Part shown: in pieces, positions 56,987-64,000 of the stretch
Position numbering within the stretch: the first letter of the stretch is position 1
Layout: each line of letters begins with the position of its first letter
Assembly (NCBI GenBank): GCA_038227875.1
Contig: JBBRPR010000015.1
Coordinates: 64,001-128,000, forward strand
From: Planctomycetota bacterium
GTDB taxonomy: Bacteria; Planctomycetota; SZUA-567; H5-PLA8
DNA length: 64,000 nucleotides
Direction: 5' to 3'
The notes under the pieces: generated by a model
Database searches by the model: none
What the model was told of the DNA's origin: nothing
The model's input: the letters and a program-made list of their open reading frames with translations, nothing else
Position numbers and translations under genes: made by a program

Positions 56987-57003
56987 GCAGGCATCCAGCC
57001 TGC
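56987..57003. repeat. Single REP unit of the GCAGGC-N5-GCCTGC family
   Basis: gcaggcatccagcctgc, compare 35404-35446. Confidence 0.6.
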
Positions 57004-57014
57004 ATAAAGAACTC

Positions 57015-57048
57015 GGGCGGGAGATTCGCAAGAATCTCCCGCCCGTTT
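57015..57048 (+). terminator. Terminator after rpoC
   Basis: gggcgggagattc-gcaa-gaatctcccgccc-gttt. Confidence 0.8.
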
Positions 57049-57070
57049 CATTAGCGGCCTTACGGCCGAG

Positions 57071-57098
57071 GGGCCAGGGGTCAGGGGCCAGGGGTCAG
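57071..57098. repeat. GGGGYCA heptamer array
   Basis: gggccaggggtcaggggccaggggtcag. Confidence 0.75.
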
Positions 57099-57190
57099 AA
57101 TAGAGCGGCAGCAAGGCGAGCTTGCCCGCGCTGAGTCATTTGGAGGGTCTACCTCAGCCGGATGCGTATCTTCACTTCCGCACGCTACCT

Positions 57191-57982
57191 ATGCTTATCC
57201 TCTTCCTAAAACTCCTCGGCGCGCCGATCCTAATCGCCCTCGCCAGTCTGATCGGTAAATCACACGGCCACCGCGCAGCGGGATTGATTAGTGGACTCCC
57301 CGTGATCGGCGGCCCGGTAATTCTCTGCGTCTGGATGCAGCAGGGCCCGGAGTTCGCCATGAACTCCAGCTACGCGCTTCCCGGCGGACTCTTCGCCCTT
57401 AGCGCGCACCTGCTCGTCTTTCAGCGGCTCTCGAAGCGTTGTAACTGGGTCGTCTGTCTGCTCAGCGGCTGGGCCGCGTTCGTCCTCGTCGGCGCGATGA
57501 TCGCGTACGTGAAGTTATCCGCGCCCGTGGCTTCCGTGCTCGGATTGAGCTCCATCTGCGTGCTTGACCTGCTTCTGCCGCGCGTGAATGTGAAGACCAC
57601 TTTGCCGTCGCTGGGAAAAATTGAACTGATCGGCCGGATGCTCGCCGGATTGACGCTGGTGGTCTTGATCACGGGCCTGGCGCGCCAGGTCGGCCCGCTG
57701 CTGACGGGACTGTTCACGGTCTCTCCCGTCACGGGCTCGGTGATGCCCGCGTTCACTCTCGCCAACGCCGGACCGGACGCAATGGTCGTGCTGTTGCGCG
57801 GCTATCTCTCCGGGCTCTTCGGACTCGGAGCGTGCTTCATCGTCCTGGCACCGCTGATCCCCATCATGTCCTGGTGGTCGCTGCTCCCTGCCGCCGCCGC
57901 CTGCATGCTGGCGAGTCTGGCCTTCTCCACAATCATTCAACGCAACCGCACTGAGCCCGCGATTCCCAACGCAGTGGACTAA
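57191..57982 (+). CDS. Uncharacterised multi-TM membrane protein with internal duplication
   Basis: About eight TM; halves resemble each other (G...AGLISGLPV.G vs GP.LTGLFTVSPV.G). Confidence 0.75.
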   Translation: MLILFLKLLGAPILIALASLIGKSHGHRAAGLISGLPVIGGPVILCVWMQQGPEFAMNSSYALPGGLFALSAHLLVFQRLSKRCNWVVCLLSGWAAFVLVGAMIAYVKLSAPVASVLGLSSICVLDLLLPRVNVKTTLPSLGKIELIGRMLAGLTLVVLITGLARQVGPLLTGLFTVSPVTGSVMPAFTLANAGPDAMVVLLRGYLSGLFGLGACFIVLAPLIPIMSWWSLLPAAAACMLASLAFSTIIQRNRTEPAIPNAVD

Positions 57983-58168
57983 TCGCATTTAGCTTCCACA
58001 CGTGTAGGAATCGATATATTTGCGGGCTCGGTGGAGTATCAGCACCGAATGCTGCGGCGCGACGGCTGAGAAGTTGATTACGTGGACCAAAGGATGGACT
58101 TCATTCGGGCGCTGTGGTTACTATAGTGAGGCACCATCTGGTTTGAAGATTGCTCCCCGGAGTAAGCG

Positions 58169-59488
58169 ATGACCGAGATTTCTCCAGCCCGCGCCAGAGA
58201 GGATGAAAAGGCTTCCGACGCGGAGCTCAACAAACTGCAGTGGTCCACGCTCGCGTACTATTTACACGAAACGAATCCTGACAACGGGCTCGTGCGCGAC
58301 AAAACCGATCCCAATGCTCCGTGCAGTATCGCCGCGATTGCGATGGCGTTGGCTACGTTGCCGGTGGTCATCGAACGTGGCGCTTACTTTCGTCCATTCG
58401 CGGCTAAAATTGCGCGGCGCCGGTTGAAATTTCTCTACGAACTTCCACAGGGTCCAGAGCCCGATGCCGCCGGGTACAAAGGATTTTTCTATCACTTTCT
58501 CGACATCGAGACCGGGCGGCGCGCCAACGGGTGCGAGTTGTCCACCATCGATTCAGCACTGCTCTTCGCGGGTATGTTGACGGCCGCGACGTATTTCGAT
58601 CAGGACACGCCGGTGGAGGCCGAAATTCGATTTCTCGCCGATGCAATCTACCGCCGCGCAGATTGGGATTGGGCGCGCGATGGCGGCGCCACGCTCACGC
58701 ACGGCTGGATGCCGGAATCCGGATTTCTGCCGTACCGCTACCAGGGCTACGACGAAGGCATGCTGCTGTATATCCTGGGCCTGGCATCGCCGACCTTTCC
58801 ATTAGCGCCGGAAAGCTACACGGCGTTCTGTTCCACTTATGAATGGAAGACGCTGTACGGCCGCGACGTGCTCTATTCCGGACCCTTGTTCACGCATCAA
58901 CTTTCGCAACTGTGGATCGATTTTCGCGACATCCAGGATGCCGCGATGCGTGAACGAGGAAGCGACTATTTCAAGAACTCGCGCGAGGCCACGTACGTTC
59001 AGCAAGCGTACGCGATTCATAACCCTCAGCAATTCGCCGGTTACGGGGAGCATTGTTGGGGCATTACGGCGTGCGATGGCCCTGGCCCGGTCACGCGAAT
59101 AATTGACGGCGTCGAGCGGCGCTTTTTCGAATATGTCGCGCGCGGCGCTCCGTTGGGACCTGACGACGGCACGGTCGCACCGTGGGTCGTGGCGGCGTCG
59201 CTGCCGTTCGCGCCGGAAATCGTCATGCCCACTCTCCGCAACTTTGCCACATTGAAACTCGGCGGCGATGACAGGCGTTACGGCTTTATGCCCTCGTTTA
59301 ACCGCACCTTTACTATGGACAATGCGATTGGCTGGTGGGTGACGCCCTATTTCTTTGGCGTCGATCAGGGCCCCGTCGCTTTGATGATTGAGAATTATCG
59401 CAGCGGACTGATTTGGAATATCATGCGCCGCTGCCCGTATATTATTACCGGTTTGCGCAAAGCCGGTTTCAAAGGCGGATGGTTGTAA
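58169..59488 (+). CDS. Glucoamylase-family (GH144-like, putative beta-1,2-glucanase) protein without signal peptide
   Basis: GFFYHFLD, ELSTIDSAL, GW.PE.GF, YDE, LFTHQ, WGITA.DGP, DQGP. Confidence 0.85.
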   Translation: MTEISPARAREDEKASDAELNKLQWSTLAYYLHETNPDNGLVRDKTDPNAPCSIAAIAMALATLPVVIERGAYFRPFAAKIARRRLKFLYELPQGPEPDAAGYKGFFYHFLDIETGRRANGCELSTIDSALLFAGMLTAATYFDQDTPVEAEIRFLADAIYRRADWDWARDGGATLTHGWMPESGFLPYRYQGYDEGMLLYILGLASPTFPLAPESYTAFCSTYEWKTLYGRDVLYSGPLFTHQLSQLWIDFRDIQDAAMRERGSDYFKNSREATYVQQAYAIHNPQQFAGYGEHCWGITACDGPGPVTRIIDGVERRFFEYVARGAPLGPDDGTVAPWVVAASLPFAPEIVMPTLRNFATLKLGGDDRRYGFMPSFNRTFTMDNAIGWWVTPYFFGVDQGPVALMIENYRSGLIWNIMRRCPYIITGLRKAGFKGGWL

Positions 59489-59545
59489 ACGAAACACTTT
59501 TTAAACACTCCTCGCAGCATCAAGCAAGAAATCTCAAGTCCTCCA

Positions 59546-59579
59546 GCAGTTCTTTGCGTCTTTTCGTCTTTGCGAGAGA
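59546..59579. repeat. Partial copy of the CTTTGCG tail repeat
   Basis: gcagttctttgcgtcttttcgtctttgcgagaga vs 18-51. Confidence 0.65.
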
Positions 59580-59609
59580 ATAAGGAACCACTTCAAAAAC
59601 GGAGCGTCC

Positions 59610-61709
59610 ATGATTCCAGCCGCAGTTCTTCTCACCGCGTTGCTTGTCCTCTTTTCCGTCGCACACGCGGCCGACTATCCGCCGTCCAAAGTCGATTCTG
59701 CATCAGACGACTTTCACGGCGTGAAAGTCCCCGATCCCTACCGCTGGCTCGAAGACGCTAAGTCTCCGGACGTTCAAGCGTGGATGAAAACGCAGAACGC
59801 TTTTGCGCGTGAGCGGCTTAAGACGCTTCCCGGCCGCGATGCCATCGCCGACCGGCTGCGCAAGCTCTACTACGTCGATGATCTCGGCGTGCCGCAGCAT
59901 CAGGGGAGCCGTTACTTCTATTGGCGCCGCCACGCCAATAAGGAAAAGATGATCGTTTATTGGAAGGAAGGCAAGGATGGCGCCGAGCAGGTGCTCTTTG
60001 ATCCCAACGGTTGGTCGGCCGATGGCAGCGTCTCGCTCGGCGCGTACTCGATCACCGAAGACGGCCGCACGGTCGCTTATACCATTCACCAGAATAACTC
60101 CGACGAAGCCACGCTTTACGTCATGGACGTCGCGACGGGAAAGAAATCCGACGTCGACGTGATCGAGGGCGCGAAATACGCGCACGCCTCGTGGACGCCC
60201 GACGGCAAAGGCTTCTACTACACATACCTGCCCAGCGGCCCGGAGATCAAGACATCCGAACGCCCCGGCTTTGCCGAGGTTCGCTTTCACAAACTCGGCG
60301 ACAACCCGAAGACTGACAAACTCGTTCACGAACGCACCGGCGATCCGACCAAATTCATCGGCGCTGGGCTCTCCCGCGACGGCCACTGGCTCACGCTCTC
60401 GATTCAGAACGGCTGGACCAGCAACAAGGTCTACTTTAAGGACGCGCGCGACGAGAAGGCCGATTGGAAACCGCTCGCCACGGACAAGCCGTTCCTCTAC
60501 CACGTCTTCGATTGGAAGGACCAGTTCTATGTTGTCACCAACGAAGGCGCGGCGCGCTCACGAGTCTTTAAAGTCGATCCCCAAAATCCCGCCCGTGACC
60601 AGTGGCGCGAAATCGTAGCCGAACGGCCCGACGCTACGCTCGAAGAAGCCAGCATCGTCGGCGAATGCCTCTCGCTGCGTTACCTGATCAACGCCACGAC
60701 CGAACTCCAGGTTCGCGATCTCGAGGGCAAAGTCATCCGCAACGTCGCGTTGCCTGGCGTCGGCACGGCCGGCGGTCTCTATGGAAAAGAGGACGAAGAC
60801 GAAGCGTACTACGTCTTCGTCTCGTTCACGACACCGCGGCAGGTCTACCAGACCAGCGTGAAAACCGGCGAGTCCAAGCTCTGGACGAAGCTCGAAATCG
60901 ACGTCGACCCTGCGCCGTTCACGGTCGATCAAGTCTGGGTGACGTCCAAAGACGGTACGAAGGTCTCCATGTTCCTGGTTCATCGCAAGGATTGGAAAAA
61001 GGACGGCGATAATCCCACCTTGCTGTACGGTTACGGCGGCTTCAACGTGGCGATGACGCCGAGCTTCAACTCCGGCATCTATCCGTGGCTGGAGAAGGGC
61101 GGTGTCTACGCGGTCGCCAATTTGCGCGGCGGCAGTGAATACGGTGAAGAGTGGCACCGGCAGGGCATGCTGGAGAAAAAGCAGAACGTCTTCGATGATT
61201 TCGCCGCGGCCGCGCAGTATTTGATCAATGAGAAGATCACGCGTCCCGAACGCCTCGCGGTCAACGGCGGTTCGAACGGCGGACTGCTGGTCGGTGCGTT
61301 CACCGTCCAGCATCCGGATCTTTGCAAATGCGTGGTCTGCGAAGTGCCGCTGCTCGACATGGTCCGCTACCATTTGTTCGGCTCAGGCAAAACGTGGGTT
61401 GCCGAATATGGTTCCGCGGACGACGCGAAGTTGTTCCCGGCGATCCTCGCCTACTCGCCGTACCATCACATCGTGGCCGGCACGAAGTACCCGTCGCTAC
61501 TGATGCTCTCCGCCGACAGCGACGACCGCGTCGACCCGATGCACGCGCGGAAATTTGTTGCGGCGCTTCAAGCTGCGAGTACGGGCGGCCCGGTGCTGAT
61601 CCGCATCGAGACGAATGCCGGACATGGCGGTGCCGACCTGGTGAAGGCGGCCGTCGAAAAAGGCGCCGACAAGTTTGCGTTTATTTTTGAGCAACTCGGC
61701 GTGAAGTAG
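59610..61709 (+). CDS. Prolyl oligopeptidase (S9A), secreted
   Basis: Signal peptide, [30 protein letters not shown]. Confidence 0.95.
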   Translation: MIPAAVLLTALLVLFSVAHAADYPPSKVDSASDDFHGVKVPDPYRWLEDAKSPDVQAWMKTQNAFARERLKTLPGRDAIADRLRKLYYVDDLGVPQHQGSRYFYWRRHANKEKMIVYWKEGKDGAEQVLFDPNGWSADGSVSLGAYSITEDGRTVAYTIHQNNSDEATLYVMDVATGKKSDVDVIEGAKYAHASWTPDGKGFYYTYLPSGPEIKTSERPGFAEVRFHKLGDNPKTDKLVHERTGDPTKFIGAGLSRDGHWLTLSIQNGWTSNKVYFKDARDEKADWKPLATDKPFLYHVFDWKDQFYVVTNEGAARSRVFKVDPQNPARDQWREIVAERPDATLEEASIVGECLSLRYLINATTELQVRDLEGKVIRNVALPGVGTAGGLYGKEDEDEAYYVFVSFTTPRQVYQTSVKTGESKLWTKLEIDVDPAPFTVDQVWVTSKDGTKVSMFLVHRKDWKKDGDNPTLLYGYGGFNVAMTPSFNSGIYPWLEKGGVYAVANLRGGSEYGEEWHRQGMLEKKQNVFDDFAAAAQYLINEKITRPERLAVNGGSNGGLLVGAFTVQHPDLCKCVVCEVPLLDMVRYHLFGSGKTWVAEYGSADDAKLFPAILAYSPYHHIVAGTKYPSLLMLSADSDDRVDPMHARKFVAALQAASTGGPVLIRIETNAGHGGADLVKAAVEKGADKFAFIFEQLGVK

Positions 61710-61715
61710 CACCGC

Positions 61716-63548
61716 CTACTTGGAAGCGTCGCGAATCTGCAGGCTGTAGATCGTTGATCCGGAACGGTTGGTGCCGATGCCGAGTTTCGTGGCATCGAGA
61801 ACGCGCCACGGAAATTCCTTGCTTTCCGGCGCGGCCTGTTCGAATATCCAGGTCGCTTGAGCGTCGTGAAAGTTATCGAGGAACAGCCGCGCGGAGTCGT
61901 TGCGGATTTCCACGATGGCCGTGTGCCGCTTGCTGAAGTCGAAGGAGCCCAAATTGGTCCAGCGCGGCGCGCGGTCCAAGGGTGAGCCAAGCAGGCAGCC
62001 GTGGGTCAACGCGCTGATCATCAGCACGACGGGCCGGCCGTGCGACGGGAACATCAGCGCCAGTTCTCCGCCGACCGCGCCGAATTCGAACTTCACGTCG
62101 TAATCTTTCGGCAGGTCGTACGGCACGCCAATCCGCGCGAACCGGGACGGTTCCGAAATCAGCGCGCCATTCACCACTTTCCATTCGCCAGCCACGCTCT
62201 TTCGCGGATCGACAAGCTGCAGAATGTCTTTAAAGCCGGCCTTATCTTTCTCGACCGGTTTCGCAACTGGACCTTCCGGTGCGCGCGCCACTTGAGTTGG
62301 TACGGCCGGCGCTGCCGCGGGAACTTCTGAGGGCAGGGGCGGGGGAAGCTCCTTGCTGGTCCACTGCGGAACTGTCTCCTCGCTGGGTATCTGCGCAGTG
62401 ACGGGAATGTCGGTTGGCGCAATCACTTCCGCCGGTTTCGAAAGCACCGCGCGTACGACAAACAACAGCAGCAGCAGCGCGCATCCGCCGCAGACCGCCA
62501 GCACCTTCGCGCCGAAGGAGACGCCGCTCAGTTTTTCCGAGAGCGAAATTGAGCCCTCCGGACCCGAGGGCACGGCCGGATTCAGGCCCGAGCGCGGCAG
62601 AATGCTGGTCATCTCCGCCGGCAGTTCGCCCGCCGCAGGATCCTTGCCCGCGGCCAGCGCTTCGAGATCTTCGAGCAACTCCGCACAATTCGCGTAGCGG
62701 CTGTCGGGTTCCTTGGCCATCATGCGTTGAATCACGCGGACAACATTGTCCGGAATCCCCGGCGTGATGTCCTGCGGATTGGGCAGCTTTTCTATCAGGT
62801 GTTTGCTGACGACCACCGCCGCCGTCGACCCGCTGAATGGCGTCTGTCCGGTGACCAGGTGATAGAGCGTCGCGCCCAGCGAGTAAATGTCCGTACGGCC
62901 ATCGAAATCGGTTTTGCCCATCGCCTGCTCGGATGAGATATAATACGGCGTGCCCAGCACCGTCCCGGTGCCCGTCAGAAACGATTGTTCGTGATCGGCG
63001 GCGATGTCCTTCGACAAACCCAGATCGAGAATCTTGACCACGCCCTCGCCCGTGACGAACAGATTCCCCGGTTTGATGTCGCGGTGGATGATGTCGTGCG
63101 CGTGAGCGTGCTCCAGCCCGCGCGCCGCCTGCGTGATGTAAGTCAACGCGCGTTCACACGAGAGACGCTTCTTCTTCTCCAGGATGGAATCCAGCGGCTT
63201 GCCGTCGCAGCGTTCCATGGCGTAGAAATGGAAGCCGTTCTCTTCGCCCAGCGCGTACGCCTGAATGATATTGGGATGATTGAGCTTCCCGATCGCCTTC
63301 GCTTCGCGCTGAAACCGCGCCACCGCGTTGGGGTGGTTGACCTTGTCCAGCGGCAGCACCTTCAGCGCGACGATTCGCTGCGCGATCACGTCCTCCGCCA
63401 GGAAGACAGCGCCCATACCGCCTTCGCCGATCTTCTTGATCAGCGAGTAGTTCCCGAGTTTCTTGAGCTTGCTGAGGTTGGAACTCTGTGACGATGCGCT
63501 CAGCTTGGACAGGTCCAGCGCGCTCATCGCATCGGGTTTCGGTTCCAT
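61716..63548 (-). CDS. Membrane-anchored Ser/Thr protein kinase
   Basis: IGEGGMGAV, VALK, HRDIKPGN, DLG, GTPYYISSEQ, DIYSLG; TM; extracytoplasmic C-terminal domain. Confidence 0.93.
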   Translation of the reverse strand: MEPKPDAMSALDLSKLSASSQSSNLSKLKKLGNYSLIKKIGEGGMGAVFLAEDVIAQRIVALKVLPLDKVNHPNAVARFQREAKAIGKLNHPNIIQAYALGEENGFHFYAMERCDGKPLDSILEKKKRLSCERALTYITQAARGLEHAHAHDIIHRDIKPGNLFVTGEGVVKILDLGLSKDIAADHEQSFLTGTGTVLGTPYYISSEQAMGKTDFDGRTDIYSLGATLYHLVTGQTPFSGSTAAVVVSKHLIEKLPNPQDITPGIPDNVVRVIQRMMAKEPDSRYANCAELLEDLEALAAGKDPAAGELPAEMTSILPRSGLNPAVPSGPEGSISLSEKLSGVSFGAKVLAVCGGCALLLLLFVVRAVLSKPAEVIAPTDIPVTAQIPSEETVPQWTSKELPPPLPSEVPAAAPAVPTQVARAPEGPVAKPVEKDKAGFKDILQLVDPRKSVAGEWKVVNGALISEPSRFARIGVPYDLPKDYDVKFEFGAVGGELALMFPSHGRPVVLMISALTHGCLLGSPLDRAPRWTNLGSFDFSKRHTAIVEIRNDSARLFLDNFHDAQATWIFEQAAPESKEFPWRVLDATKLGIGTNRSGSTIYSLQIRDASK

Positions 63549-63731
63549 AGGCGCACTTTCAAGCGAGGCTCAAACTGCTGCGTTTTCACTAGCTCGCAAA
63601 TAAAATACCGCATTGTGCATATGTTTACAATATAAATCGTAGAAAGGAGTTAGGAGAATGATATCAAGAGTGACAAAACACCATAAAGCGTCGGATTTCG
63701 CGCCCTGTGTCGTGAATCACAACCTTACATC

Positions 63732-64000
63732 TTATTGAACTTGTTTAGGCTGTTCGACGCTGGCCGGAACTGCCGCTGCGGGAGCGGGCGCGCCGTGCGT
63801 GGCATTATGAGCCTCGGCGTGAGCAACGACTTCGGCCTTCGACGCTCCCGTGAACGCGATGAACAACGCGATCGGCCAGAAGGTGAAGAGGAAGACGAAA
63901 CCCAGCGGACCAATGCCGCTCTCGAGCACCTTCTGCGCCTTGGCGTCGTGGCTGTCGCCAAATCCGACCGCTGCTTCGTGGTAGCTCATGTGAACGCAGA
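63732..64000 (-). CDS. 3' end of a hypothetical membrane protein, probably cut by the window edge
   Basis: Frame open to the edge; one TM (GFVFLFTFWPIALFIAF) and an Ala/Pro-rich tail. Confidence 0.5.
   Translation of the reverse strand, partial: CVHMSYHEAAVGFGDSHDAKAQKVLESGIGPLGFVFLFTFWPIALFIAFTGASKAEVVAHAEAHNATHGAPAPAAAVPASVEQPKQVQ

Overview
High-GC bacterial chromosomal window, most likely Planctomycetota (EF-Tu switch-I reads [19 protein letters not shown]; RpoB Rif region reads [24 protein letters not shown]-like propeller and membrane Ser/Thr kinase genes are present). It carries the core tRNA-Thr-tuf-rpmG-tRNA-Trp-secE-nusG-rplKAJL cluster, with rpoBC displaced about 16 kb downstream by 14 unrelated genes. 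Housekeeping genes include folC, kdsA, nth, mobA, accBC, galK, phhA, proA, cysH and bioF. An ECF sigma factor is paired with a 1087-aa ZAS/DUF4349-repeat anti-sigma-like protein. The most interesting locus is a sulfur-starvation operon at 15.2-23.3 kb: Rrf2 - YezD - REC - PKD protein - porin (frameshifted) - sbp - cysTWA. It has duplicated tandem operator-like boxes, a recurring covarying RNA hairpin in its spacers, and a secreted PKD protein whose mature chain has no Cys or Met. Intergenic DNA is dense in REPIN/MITE-like elements, heptamer arrays and trains of perfect palindromes. No CRISPR array, rRNA, transposase or prophage gene was seen. All calls come from motif recognition by eye; no database search was run.
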